Below are positions 50,366-61,356 of a stretch of 64,000 nucleotides of DNA, piece by piece; the stretch's first letter is position 1; the number at the start of each line of letters is the position of its first letter. A program made the translations under genes and the position numbers. This DNA is from Candidatus Magasanikiibacteriota bacterium (GTDB lineage: Bacteria > Patescibacteriota > Patescibacteriia > Magasanikbacterales > UBA922). The notes beneath the pieces are model-generated. The model searched no databases, was not told the DNA's origin, and saw nothing but the letters and a program-made list of their open reading frames with translations. The DNA is taken from the NCBI GenBank assembly GCA_021648085.1, contig JAKITS010000001.1, positions 746,759 through 810,758 of the forward strand, read 5' to 3'.

Positions 50366-50525
50366 CGTCATATTGAGCGGAACGAAGTGGAGTCGAAATA
50401 TCTCGTGTTTGTTTCACTATTTTATGTTTTGGTGATACTTTCGCGAGATCCTTCGGCTTCGCTCAGGATGACATATTTTTATTTACGTCATATTGAGCGG
50501 AACGAAGTGGAGTCGAAATATCTCG
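50366..50525 (+). repeat. Short-spacer REPIN plus an extra A site
   Basis: A-tgtttgtttcactattttatgttttggtgatactttcg-B, then A. Confidence 0.9.
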
Positions 50526-50536
50526 TGTCTATTTCA

Positions 50537-53500
50537 CTACTCCCGTCTCAAAACATCGTCACTTTTTTTATGCAATTTTTCTCCTTTTTTCTTCATTTTT
50601 TGCACCCATTTATTTTCTTTATTTTCCATTTTAATTTTCTTTTTTTCTAATCTTTTTTCTACACTTCCTTTTTCAATAACTTTTTCACTTTTTTTGTGCA
50701 ATTTCTCTCCTTTTTTCTTCATTTTTTCTGCCCATTTATCCTTCTTTTCCATTGGTTTTTGAGCTGCTTCAAACTTCACAAAACCTTCTTTTGGATTTCC
50801 ATGCTCATCTACTTTTTGTGCCGAGTGAATAGCTTTATTTGCACCAGATTCTAAAACAACATTTTTACCAATAAATCCTTCTTTTTTAATTTCAGCGCTC
50901 AAAATATCTTCTGTTTTTGTGTTTTTAAATCCAACCTTTTCAAAAGTCACATAATAATCACTTGGACCAACCAAAAATGCATAGCGTCCTTTTGTGTCTG
51001 TAATTCTTGTTTCAATAAGTTTATTAAATTTCTTTGAAAACAAACGAGCCACAGCTTTTCCAATAGGTTTTTTATTTGATTTCTCGGATACAATCCCCCA
51101 ACCAGTTGGCTCTTTTGGTTTTATAAATCTATTAAATCCAACATATAAGCCTATTTGAATTACCAAAAATACTCCAATATACCATTCTGGTGTTATATAT
51201 AATGCCAAAGCCGTACCTAAAACACCAAGCAAAGAAATAGCGTGCTGCAAAAATACCAAACGCCCACGCCAAACAATTTTCCAAGGAATATGTTCTTTTT
51301 TACCTGAAAATTCAATTGGTATGCTTGGTGTAATTACAGTATCTTCTTCTGTCACTTTTATTGACTCACCGTGATAAACATCAAAAAATTCTCCATCTTC
51401 TTTTTTTCCTTTTAACAAACTAGATGGAAATTTGAAACCGCTTTTTGAAATTTGCATTAAGTATTCTCCAGGATCCGCAATAAACAAAAACCTACCTTCT
51501 CTGTCTGTCACTCTAGATTGAATAATTTTGTTTGTCTTTGCATCGAGCAAGCGCACAGTCGCTAAGTCAACAGGAAGCTTTGTAAGTGCATTGTAAACAA
51601 CCCCCCACTTTTTCCTCTTCCTCCTCCAAAACAAAAGTACTGGCTGGAAAAATATAAATCTAAATAGTGGTATTGCAGTAGTCCACAAAGATGGAATGAC
51701 AGCTGCAGCAGAAACACCAATTACACTTGGAGCCACAATAGTTTTAGTTAAAACTTCTATCTCTGGATCATCTGCTAACTGCTCCACTTTCAGAACTGCT
51801 TCGCCAAAAAATTCTGACAACACCCTACTTTGTTCTATAAATTTATCATTCAAATTTTCTGCAACATTTTTTATATTTTCCAAAACTGGAGCGTCTGGAT
51901 CTATAACATCTATCAAAGGCTTTGGCTTTTTAATTAAAGTTAAGTTTCTATTTACAATTCTATTTGCAACCACAAAACTCAAGGTCTCTTTTGGTCTATA
52001 TCCATCTCTTTGTGCCACAACTTTATACTGACCTGGAGGCACTATAAATGCATATGCTCCTCCTGCACTCGTAGACTGCGGATTTACCTGTCTATAGTTT
52101 GATGACGCCCACACCTGCTCCCCTGTATCCATATCAAGCAATGTAACACTTGCGTCTATTAAAATTTCTCTAGAAATATTGTCTCGTACCACACCATAAG
52201 GCAGTGAGTTTAATTCAAAACTACTAGAATCAAAAGTGCCGTCTGAAAACTCAATTTCTACATACGCAGAATACACACCAATTTGTGGCGTCACAAAATC
52301 CGAATAATACCAACCGTCTGAACTATCAAAATTGAAATTATATGAATTTCCCGCAACTTTCAAATCTATATTATCTACATCTTTCAAAGCTAAAGCTGAT
52401 TCTGATATTCCAATTGTGGTGTGATCGCCAGACAATGCACTAAGCACTCCTCCAATTAAAGTTGTATCTATTGTTCTCTCCGAAAGCCAAAAAAACAAAC
52501 TAGACTGTGGTAATTGCTCTCCAGACCCAACCGTGTCTGCTGGCGGATTGTACTCTTCTGTGTCATTTTTATTTTCACAACCCGGATCTTGCAAATCTAC
52601 TAGACCATCTCCATCATTGTCTAACCCATCATCACAAGCTGGACCCAAAGCAATACAAGCACTATTAGACGAACAATCCAAATCTGAGCAATCCACCGCA
52701 CCATCATTATCATTGTCTATTCCATCGGTACAGATCTCAACTCCAAGCGCGCAAGATGGTTCACTAATACATTCCAGATCTGCACAATCTGTAAAACCGT
52801 CGTTATCATTGTCTATTCCATCGGTACAAATCTCAACTCCAGAAATACAAACAGGCTCAAGTGCACAATCTATATCAGCGCAGTCGGTAGTACCGTCCAA
52901 ATCATTGTCCAAACTATCTGTACAAAAATTTACTTCACTATCCAAATGAGGAATAGCGGAAGCCGACACACCTGCACTATAATTTCCAGATGTATCAAAA
53001 ACAAAAATTGTATAAAAATATTCTGTCAAATTAGTTCGTCCTGTATTCAATAAACTCACACTATTTGGATTTGAAATCCTCATTATCTCTACTCCTTGAG
53101 TTATATTTGAAACAGGCGAAAGCCCACGACGAACCATAAAGTAATCAAAATCACTCAAAGAAACTGTATAATCCCAATTTAACTGGATCTGTCTATCTGC
53201 CCCAACCGCAGAAAAATTGGAAATATCAGGTGGTGGCGTAGTATCTGAAAGTGTTTCAAAAGAACTTATATGCGAAACCGTATTTCCCGAAGGGTCAATA
53301 CAAGAAATTTTGTAATAATACCTTGTATTTGGAAGTAAATTTCCAAAAGAAGATTCATAATATTGCCCACCAACATTGAAAGCACTGGCTGAAAGATCGA
53401 ACGGCTCTAGCGAATCATCCAGATCGTAACCAAAACTACACGAATCCACCAAAACATTATCCACTGCTGACCAACTTACATCTGCTGTTGTTAAATCAGA

Positions 53501-53998
53501 CACCACGCTTACACTAGAAATTACTGGTGGCTCATTTTCTCTTGTTGAAAAAATATCTGTTGAAACACTAGAATTACCAGCCAGATCTGCACAAGTAATT
53601 TTGAAAAAATAAAGTGTACCGGGTAATAAAGAAGTTAAATTTGAAGAATAATTTCCACCAACACCAGTCGCAGAAGCTGTAGTTCCATAACTTGAAGATA
53701 ACCCATACTCAAAATCACAATACAATACTCCCACATCATCAGTAGCACTCCACGAAACAGTAGCAAAAATATCCAACGCAGAAACGGAAACCGAAGAAAT
53801 AATTGGCGAAGCAGTATCTACAGGAGGATCTGGCGGATCTGGAATAACAACAGTATCCTCTTCGCCACCAGCATAATTTGCATTTACAGAAACAACCCCT
53901 GTTTCTGTGTCTGCCAAAACAACAGAAAATCCAGAAAAAACAAAGGTAAACAAAAATATAAAAAAAGTAAGAACTAATTTTTTAAAAAATTTAATCAT
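50537..53998 (-). CDS. Large membrane/surface protein with FN3-like domains, Cys/Asp-rich EIC.DG.DND.DG..DC.D..C repeats and carboxypeptidase-regulatory-like domains
   Basis: Signal peptide; four DND.DG repeats; GVVYN...P...ATVRL...TD.EGRF; TMs; duplicated Lys-rich tail. Confidence 0.85.
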   Translation of the reverse strand: MIKFFKKLVLTFFIFLFTFVFSGFSVVLADTETGVVSVNANYAGGEEDTVVIPDPPDPPVDTASPIISSVSVSALDIFATVSWSATDDVGVLYCDFEYGLSSSYGTTASATGVGGNYSSNLTSLLPGTLYFFKITCADLAGNSSVSTDIFSTRENEPPVISSVSVVSDLTTADVSWSAVDNVLVDSCSFGYDLDDSLEPFDLSASAFNVGGQYYESSFGNLLPNTRYYYKISCIDPSGNTVSHISSFETLSDTTPPPDISNFSAVGADRQIQLNWDYTVSLSDFDYFMVRRGLSPVSNITQGVEIMRISNPNSVSLLNTGRTNLTEYFYTIFVFDTSGNYSAGVSASAIPHLDSEVNFCTDSLDNDLDGTTDCADIDCALEPVCISGVEICTDGIDNDNDGFTDCADLECISEPSCALGVEICTDGIDNDNDGAVDCSDLDCSSNSACIALGPACDDGLDNDGDGLVDLQDPGCENKNDTEEYNPPADTVGSGEQLPQSSLFFWLSERTIDTTLIGGVLSALSGDHTTIGISESALALKDVDNIDLKVAGNSYNFNFDSSDGWYYSDFVTPQIGVYSAYVEIEFSDGTFDSSSFELNSLPYGVVRDNISREILIDASVTLLDMDTGEQVWASSNYRQVNPQSTSAGGAYAFIVPPGQYKVVAQRDGYRPKETLSFVVANRIVNRNLTLIKKPKPLIDVIDPDAPVLENIKNVAENLNDKFIEQSRVLSEFFGEAVLKVEQLADDPEIEVLTKTIVAPSVIGVSAAAVIPSLWTTAIPLFRFIFFQPVLLFWRRKRKKWGVVYNALTKLPVDLATVRLLDAKTNKIIQSRVTDREGRFLFIADPGEYLMQISKSGFKFPSSLLKGKKEDGEFFDVYHGESIKVTEEDTVITPSIPIEFSGKKEHIPWKIVWRGRLVFLQHAISLLGVLGTALALYITPEWYIGVFLVIQIGLYVGFNRFIKPKEPTGWGIVSEKSNKKPIGKAVARLFSKKFNKLIETRITDTKGRYAFLVGPSDYYVTFEKVGFKNTKTEDILSAEIKKEGFIGKNVVLESGANKAIHSAQKVDEHGNPKEGFVKFEAAQKPMEKKDKWAEKMKKKGEKLHKKSEKVIEKGSVEKRLEKKKIKMENKENKWVQKMKKKGEKLHKKSDDVLRRE

Positions 53999-54029
53999 AT
54001 TTTGTTATTTATTAAATTGATATTTTTAA

Positions 54030-54341
54030 AATGTTTAAAGGATTTCTCGCTTTACTGAGAAATGACAGAAGACCATACACACCATCCCGAACAAGACGGA
54101 ACAAAGTGTAGTGGAGTCGAAAATCAAAGCTCACGTCATATTGAGCGGAGTGAAACGGAGTCGAAATATCTCGATGTTGTATCATTAGAACTTTGAATAT
54201 TTTGCGTTCTAGTGTTTTTATCTCGAGATCCTTCGACTTCGCTCAGGATGACATGAATGTTATGCTTCGCTCCGTTCGGGGGATAATATATTTTTTATTC
54301 ACGTCATATTGAGCGGAACGAAGTGGAGTCGAAATATCTCG
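54030..54341. repeat. REP array (family D half-site, A', A/B REPIN, A)
   Basis: gatttctcgctttactgagaaatgaca; REPIN at about 54134-54252. Confidence 0.88.
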
Positions 54342-54411
54342 TGTTTGTTTCACTATTTTTCTCTTTTTTATACTAATCCAAGCGAAATAATTCATCAAAC
54401 GAAATTATATA

Positions 54412-55317
54412 TCACTTACGAAAACGCTTAACAATACGCCCTCCAATAGTAAACACCAAAATAAAACTGGTCAAAACCCCAGTCATTACATAAATAAGCC
54501 ACAAAGGAATATACCAAAAACTTTCTACATCATGAATTTGGTTTTGTGTAAGACCATATACCACAGTAAGCTCGACTCTTAACGGCCCTATCGCACCAAT
54601 ACCAACATCTTCTATTTTTAAAACTTCATGCCAAACACCTCTTGGTAAAACCTTGCGTTGATCCAAATTTATATAAACTTTACCAACCTCTTTTCCAAAA
54701 ATATTTTTTAAAACTACCTGCCCACGCGGACTAACATGAATTGTTCCTTTGTTTTGCAAACCCAACGCAAACTCAAATTCTGGTGTAAAAAATAATTTTT
54801 TACTAACACTAAATGTAGTTCGCACCAAATCTTCACTTACCTCGCCTTCTACATACAAAAACAAAAGTGAACCAATCCTAGATGAAAGCGCTACTTGCCC
54901 ACCACTGTTTACCTTTTTTGCAAAAAGCCCAAGATAATATGCTCCAGGCTGTGCCGATTCTGGAATAGTAAACAAAAACCTTATTTTACCTTTTTCTCCA
55001 GCCTTAAGTACCAATTTTGAAGATTCTGTGTTTACCCAGTTTTGTGCGTCTGAAAATTGACCAAATTTAGCAATTCCTGTCTCTGAATCTATTATAAAAC
55101 CATCTACTTCTTTTATAAAAGATGATTTTTCATCTGAATCATTTATAATATCAACAAAAAATTCTACCTCTTCTCCAGGTTTTACTATATTAGTCTGTTT
55201 CAACGGCGAAACACTAAAAGCAAATACATCTGGAGTACTCAATACAAAAAAAGAACTTATTACCAAAAAAGCAATCGTCAATAATTTAATTTTTCTACTT
55301 AAATTAAACAAAATCAT
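54412..55317 (-). CDS. Cell-surface protein, DUF916/WxL-interacting-like
   Basis: Signal peptide; SVSP; IP..A.PG.YY; NKGTIHV.P.G; C-terminal TM with basic tail. Confidence 0.65.
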   Translation of the reverse strand: MILFNLSRKIKLLTIAFLVISSFFVLSTPDVFAFSVSPLKQTNIVKPGEEVEFFVDIINDSDEKSSFIKEVDGFIIDSETGIAKFGQFSDAQNWVNTESSKLVLKAGEKGKIRFLFTIPESAQPGAYYLGLFAKKVNSGGQVALSSRIGSLLFLYVEGEVSEDLVRTTFSVSKKLFFTPEFEFALGLQNKGTIHVSPRGQVVLKNIFGKEVGKVYINLDQRKVLPRGVWHEVLKIEDVGIGAIGPLRVELTVVYGLTQNQIHDVESFWYIPLWLIYVMTGVLTSFILVFTIGGRIVKRFRK

Positions 55318-55967
55318 GGATTTACAGTCAAAGTAAATGTAACATCGTGAGAATAGTCACCAACCGGTGTTTCTTGAATTACAGCAGCTTTAAATGTAAC
55401 TGTCGATTGACTTCTCACGGCACCACCGTTTACAGAGACAATAGCCAATCCGTTTACAATCGCTTGATCGTCATTAAACAAAAATCCAGCCCCACTTACT
55501 GCGACACCATATTCTTCAAAATTTGCTGTCACCTGACTATCCAAAACATCGTTTATAATATTTACTCCAGATCTAAGGTCTCCATCTTCTGTCATAGAAA
55601 TAGAATAACCATTTTTAGAGTCAGTAGTCACTGTTAAATCAACTTCTGCACTAACTACAGCTGTTTTTGTAAGAGAACCCAAATCAATTGAGTTTGAACT
55701 TTGTGTAAAAGCTAATACTCCTTTATCTTGAGCTTGAAAACCAGACTTTAGTGTAAAAGTATTTCCTGTTGAAGTTGTCACCCCAAACTCTCCCATAGTG
55801 TCGTAAAGTGTGAACACTCCACCAGTACTAGAAACAGTGGAGACTACATTGAAAGCATCAGCATAAACCTCAAAATTACCGCCAGTCATAGCAGTATTTA
55901 CAGGCGAAGCCCATACAAATAATAGCGCAACCGCTAAAATGTTTATTTGAAACTTTTTAATATTCAT
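55314..55967 (-). CDS. Secreted beta-rich protein (WxL-like C-terminus)
   Basis: Signal peptide from ATG 55967; ends TPVGDYSHDVTFTLTVNP; ATGA overlap with the next gene. Confidence 0.7.
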   Translation of the reverse strand: MNIKKFQINILAVALLFVWASPVNTAMTGGNFEVYADAFNVVSTVSSTGGVFTLYDTMGEFGVTTSTGNTFTLKSGFQAQDKGVLAFTQSSNSIDLGSLTKTAVVSAEVDLTVTTDSKNGYSISMTEDGDLRSGVNIINDVLDSQVTANFEEYGVAVSGAGFLFNDDQAIVNGLAIVSVNGGAVRSQSTVTFKAAVIQETPVGDYSHDVTFTLTVNP

Positions 55968-55978
55968 ACCGTTTGAAA

Positions 55979-56130
55979 GATTGTTATTAAATATGCTTTC
56001 GTTGGTGATATTGTTAAATTTTGAGCAAGACAAAAAGAAAAATTTTACTGATATATTTATAAGTTAACTTTTTTCTTGAAGTTGTAGTCAAAATTTAATA
56101 ATATCAATAGAAATGATATTTAATATTAAC
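55979..56130. mobile_element. Family E long palindromic element
   Basis: aaattttgagcaagacaaaaagaaaa...ttttcttgaagttgtagtcaaaattt. Confidence 0.7.
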
Positions 56131-56394
56131 TTTTTCATTATAACATAAATACAAAAAGCAAAAAATAGCCCAAATAAGTATATAAATTGAATTAAGGATA
56201 TTTCAATAAATCATCCCCATATCAAGACCCAGGGTATTTTTTTGTATTTAATATTATGGATTAAATAAATAATTCCCAAAATAGAATTTTAGAATATTTT
56301 TGTAATAATTATTGCAATATCGAAGCAAGCTTTGATGTATTAATATGAATAAAAGAAACCCCATCAAGATAAGGATTATAAAAATCTTATATAT

Positions 56395-56665
56395 TATCCT
56401 AAACGAAGCCGAAGGATCTTGGGAATATATCACCTTTCCATAACGTCATCCTGAGCGAAGTCGAAGGATCTCGGGACAGTATCACAAGAATGTAAAATAT
56501 TCATAATTCTGGTAATACAAACCCTAAACTTCCTTTGTCATTCCCGACCTAGATCGGGAATTCAGAGTATATAAACTAAAATTGTGTTTATATAAAAATA
56601 TATAAACTATAATAAATTATACTATTATTTAAACCTTGGATCCCCAATCAAATTAAAAATAACAA
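56395..56665 (-). repeat. REP B sites plus a family C doublet
   Basis: cgtcatcctgagcgaagtcgaaggatctcg and gtcattcccgacctagatcgggaattcagag. Confidence 0.85.
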
Positions 56666-56823
56666 AAGAAAAAACATTAAGACATTATGCAGATAATATG
56701 ATAGAAAAATAGCCAAAATAAGTAGATAAATTGAATTAACGGATTGACAAAAGTGCTTTTTTGTAGTAATACTAAAAAGTTCACTCAACCAATCTCGAAA
56801 GAGATTACACCACAAGGTATAAA

Positions 56824-57036
56824 ATGTCTCAACAACTTCTGACTTCTACTCTGGAAGCTTACTCGCCTTTCAGTAAAGAAGGTGCTATTGTCGTCAAAGA
56901 TCGAAGAACAGGTCTAACAATCGCCATAGAAATATCTGGCAATGAACTTGATATCAATTACCAGCCAGAAGAAACAAGCCATGATCAAGAGGTCGTAATT
57001 AATCCCAAAAAACCCAACGTATTCATAGTGCGTTAA
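56824..57036 (+). CDS. Small hypothetical protein
   Basis: 70 aa; TTGACA at 56744; terminator hairpin gaggatttt...aaatcctc at about 57057-57090. Confidence 0.65.
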   Translation: MSQQLLTSTLEAYSPFSKEGAIVVKDRRTGLTIAIEISGNELDINYQPEETSHDQEVVINPKKPNVFIVR

Positions 57037-58753
57037 ATCAAGAGATTTTACCCAAAGAGGATTTTGTCTTTCTAGGCAAATCCTCCTTTTTCCCTTCTCA
57101 TTATACATAAATATTGTACGACCAAGCTTCTGCTTTAAAATAAATTATTTTTAGAGTAAGTCCTTAAATATTTTTCAAAATAAAATTTTAGAATATTTTT
57201 GTAATCATTAACACCACACCAAAATAAACCTAAATGTATTAATATGAATAAAAAGTTTCTTCCCTTTGAAATAAATAAATCATAGACTTTTTTCTATTAT
57301 ACTAAAATAAAGTATTTTTATTCACATTATATTGAGTGTAATGCCAGCAGGCAGGAAACAAAGTTGAACGATCGCTGTGCAGTATAACCAAAATATAAAT
57401 AGTTAGTCTCCATTTTTTTCTGTCATTTCGAATCCGAGAGTACGGATAAGAAATGGCTTAGATATTTTAATTAGTATGTTCTACATTTTTGAAATGTTTA
57501 AAGAATTCCAGTCTGCCAGCGGACGAATCTAACTTTATTCAAAATAACAGAATTCTTGTGTTTTTTTATTTTGGTGATATAAATTGTAGAATCTTTCGAC
57601 TTCATTCCGCTTTACTCCATTTTATTTAAGCTAGTGTAATTTTTCCACAAAGTTAAACCCAACACATACCATATCCTGGGTAGAATACCAACCTTCCTAC
57701 AGACAGAGCTTCGGCTATTGCTCAAGATGTTATAGTTTTTAATCCGGTTATACTGAGCAAAAGAAAAGAAAACAAAGCTTGAAGGATTTTGTGAAATAAA
57801 AAAGAACTCTGAATATTTTACACTCTTCTTCTTAAACCTACTTAATCGTTTGTCTAACTTACTTATTACCAAAACAGTTTGGTCAATCAAAAAATAGAGA
57901 AACAGGCGTTAAAAGGGAATATAATGGGCTTTGACGGCTTTTTTATCTTCAACAGTTTCGTATGAAACTAACTTTTTATTTTTTAAAATAGTTAACAGTT
58001 TATGTGGATAACTTTATAGAAATAAAAAAGTTTCTAAAGCCTTTAAAACAACTAAACTAAGCGTTTTTTGTGCGAAGACTAAAAATTAGTCTTAGAAAAA
58101 ATAAAAGTTATTAACATGTTATCAACAATACAAAATTATCGCTAAACAATGCTTTAATCTGATAAAATACTCATTATTTTGGATATACAAATTTTCTACT
58201 CCTTATTTTTTATATTTTTCCGCCATTATTAGTATTTTTTTGTCTACTATCTTCATCGCCGTCCTTTTTACTGTCCCCAACATTTTTTCTATTTATCATT
58301 TTTAGTACTTTTTTTGTGATCCTCAGCCTGATTTAGGATCTAAAAAATTATATTACTATTTATTATTTTTTACTAAGGTTAAGGATAGTAGATAAAGTAT
58401 TAAGACTAAAAACTCCTGAATTCCTGGTCAAACTAAGAATAATAAAGGCGATAAAGATTTTAAGCCTTACGAACTTTCTAATTTTCCTTTGCTTATCATT
58501 CCCGATCGGGGTCGGGAATGACAAAAGGGATTTAAGGTTTAGACTCTGGATTCTCGATTAGCGCAGTAATAACAAAAAAATACGGTTAATAATAACAAAA
58601 AAGATATATATAATTTTTATACATTATTTTTAAAAAATAAATCATTTTTAGGATGGAATCCCAGCGTATTTTTTTAAGAATTATTATTATATTAAGACAA
58701 TCCTCGGTGTATATTATTGTAAGTAAAAAACCCGCAAGTATTTGCGGGTTTAC

Positions 58754-59197
58754 TTAGTGTATGTTTTTATAACTCTCTTTTATTATCTCTTTTGCCATCT
58801 TAGAATCTGGCTGAACCTGCATTCTCTCGACACTGGACAACCAAAGCCGCTTGTTCAAACTGTAAATAACAATTTCTACACAAAATCCCTCTATAATTAC
58901 ACCAGAATAAAGTGAAGAAGATCCGGAAATTGACACAGCACCTTCTATTCTACATCGTACTGGTTTTGAAAAAAACTCTTTGTTAGTTCCACAAATAACG
59001 CAAACACCAGTCTTAGGATCTATTAATGCAATTTTATAACTAGAATTAGTTGTTTTCAAACAAATAAGTGTGTATATTTTTAAATCCTTTATCTTTATTT
59101 TTTTGTAGTCCTTAAGGATATCTACCAAAGTTTTAAAGTCTATACCAAGCTTTCCCTCTTCATTTTTTACTGTCTTTTCTTTTTTTCTGCTTCCCAT
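58754..59197 (-). CDS. Hypothetical protein
   Basis: SD GGGAGG before ATG 59197; terminator aaacccgcaagtatttgcgggttt. Confidence 0.65.
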   Translation of the reverse strand: MGSRKKEKTVKNEEGKLGIDFKTLVDILKDYKKIKIKDLKIYTLICLKTTNSSYKIALIDPKTGVCVICGTNKEFFSKPVRCRIEGAVSISGSSSLYSGVIIEGFCVEIVIYSLNKRLWLSSVERMQVQPDSKMAKEIIKESYKNIH

Positions 59198-59411
59198 TTT
59201 AGCCTCCCTGTTCATTGTACGACATTTTTATTTGTCTTATTCTAGTTTTTTTTGAAAAATATTCCTAACTACTTTCTATTACTTTTGCTTTATGTTTTAG
59301 CCCAAAGATAAACTAGAATTTATAAACATTCTTGCCTACTTTCAAAAAATAAAAACTTTTTATAAGTGATAGGTATTAATTGAAATTCTTAGCTAAAATA
59401 AGAATAAAAAC

Positions 59412-59803
59412 TGTGGATAAGGTATGGATAAACTGTGGATAAGTTTTATTTTTGTTTTTACCAAATCTATAGAAATAAGTATTTTTTTATAAAAAACCAG
59501 AAAACTAAACACTTAATTTAATCAATTATAAACTTATTTTTTAGCTTTATTTAGATTAAATACCTATTTTAAAAGTGTGGATAAGGTGTGGATAAGTTTT
59601 ATTTTTGTCTTGTATAACAAAAATAAACCAGCGAACTGCTACAGATGTCTTTTTTTATTTTATTAAACTTTTTTAAAGTTTATTTCTACTTTAGATCTAA
59701 ATTAAAAAACTGTTTATAACTTGTGTATAAACTGTGTATATCTATAAAAATACTGTGTATAACATTTTTAAACAGATAATTTTAAGGAGCTTTTTTGTCC
59801 ACA
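59412..59803. promoter_or_regulatory. DnaA-box cluster (candidate oriC or DnaA-titration locus)
   Basis: TGTGGATAA at 59412, 59434, 59576 and 59587; variants at 59423, 59711, 59722, 59733, 59754 and 59795. Confidence 0.7.
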
Positions 59804-59831
59804 ACCAAATTTTAATTATTTTGGACATTTG

Positions 59832-59903
59832 TCCTCTCGGCAGGAATCGAACCTACATCTAGGCATTAGGAGTGCCTCGTTCTATCCATTGAACTACGAG
59901 AGG
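59832..59903 (-). tRNA. tRNA-Arg(CCU)
   Basis: Acceptor CCTCTCG/CGAGAGG; anticodon loop ctcctaa; GGTTCGATTCC. Confidence 0.95.
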
Positions 59904-60055
59904 ATAGATAAAATTCTAAATATTTATTGTTCTAGTGATACTATCTAAAGATCCCTACCTACCGGCAGGCATTCTTTTTTTTCTTGCTCACACCATTATT
60001 TTATACTATAATTCTCTTATAAATTCAAGTCTTAAATATAAATATTACACTAACT

Positions 60056-61132
60056 ATGGAAGTTTTACTAACTGTTGGTTTCGTTGTCTTACTAATTATT
60101 TGTGTAGGTTTAGCAATAATTCTACATAAACAAACAAAAAAAAGTGGTGGAAACAACGAACAAGTCTTCTCAATGCTTCAAAATCAAATACAGGAACTAA
60201 ATAGAACTTTAGACACAAAAATAGGTGAGTCGAACAAATCTATAAGCGATTCACAAAAACACCTTCACAACACAATTCAACTACAATTTGGGCAAAGTTC
60301 AAAGATAATTGGCGAGGTTTCCGAGAGGCTCACAAAACTGGACGAGACAAATAAGCAAGTGGTTGGGTTTGCACAACAACTCCAAAGCTTGGAAAATATT
60401 CTAAAAAACCCAAAACAAAGGGGGATACTGGGCGAATATTTCTTGGAAACAACCTTAAAAAATGTTTTACCTCCAAATTCATATAAAATGCAGTATAAAT
60501 TTAAAGATGGAAATATTGTTGATGCTGCGATTTTTTTGCCAAACAACAAGATTGTACCGGTAGACTCCAAATTTAGCCTAGAAAACTATAATAGACTAGT
60601 TGTGGAGAAAGATCCAACGCGTAAACTTCAATGGGAGAAGCAACTTAAACAAGATTTGAAAAATAGAATCGATGAAACTGCAAAATATATTAAACCGTCT
60701 GAAGACACTATGGATTTTGCTTTGATGTTTATTCCGTCCGAAGGAATTTATTACGATTTACTAATTAGTACAGTTGGAGCTGTGGATACTCACGATTTGA
60801 TTGAATATGCTTTCAATAAAAAACATGTGATAATAGTGTCGCCAACAAACTTTTATGCTTATTTGCAAACCATAATGCAAGGAATGCGCGCACTGAAAAT
60901 AGAAGAAAGTGCAAAAGAAATAAGAAAAAATGTAGAAAAGTTGAGAAAACATCTCGTAACTTACGAGGATCAAATGCGAAAATTGGGAGGGCATATGCAA
61001 ACTTCTGTAAATTTTTACAATAGAAGTTACAAAGAATTTGGGAAAATAGATAAAGATGTAATGAAAATAACTGGCGCCGAAAAAATGTTAGACGATGTAC
61101 CACAGTTAGATGGAGTACAGGTTGATGATTAG
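60056..61132 (+). CDS. rmuC: DNA recombination protein RmuC
   Basis: N-terminal TM, coiled coil, K.RG.LGE..LE, VDSKF, T.DFALMFIPSE and VSPT. Confidence 0.93.
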   Translation: MEVLLTVGFVVLLIICVGLAIILHKQTKKSGGNNEQVFSMLQNQIQELNRTLDTKIGESNKSISDSQKHLHNTIQLQFGQSSKIIGEVSERLTKLDETNKQVVGFAQQLQSLENILKNPKQRGILGEYFLETTLKNVLPPNSYKMQYKFKDGNIVDAAIFLPNNKIVPVDSKFSLENYNRLVVEKDPTRKLQWEKQLKQDLKNRIDETAKYIKPSEDTMDFALMFIPSEGIYYDLLISTVGAVDTHDLIEYAFNKKHVIIVSPTNFYAYLQTIMQGMRALKIEESAKEIRKNVEKLRKHLVTYEDQMRKLGGHMQTSVNFYNRSYKEFGKIDKDVMKITGAEKMLDDVPQLDGVQVDD

Positions 61133-61356
61133 TAAAACAAACACGAGATATTTCAATTTTTTTTATTTTGTTCAATATGACGTAAGTTATTGTTGTCATC
61201 CTCAGCTCGACTAAAAATCCAGGGTCTACAAAAATGACAGAAGAGAAAGGTGTTTTTAACTCCAAATTCCTGATTAGCTCGAGAATAATAATATAGAATT
61301 AATATAAAAAAAACGATAGTTTAAATGACTATCGTTTTTTTATTTTGTGTAATTGT

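Noticed and set aside
55968-56033. N-terminal extensions in the ORF track (56033, 21268, 34473, 19889)
   Set aside because: They run into palindromic elements or UTR; downstream ATGs give better signal peptides or family-typical starts.
57612-57890. 92-aa ORF
   Set aside because: It has a TTG start, low-complexity composition and no recognisable motif; it may be a decayed gene but cannot be supported.
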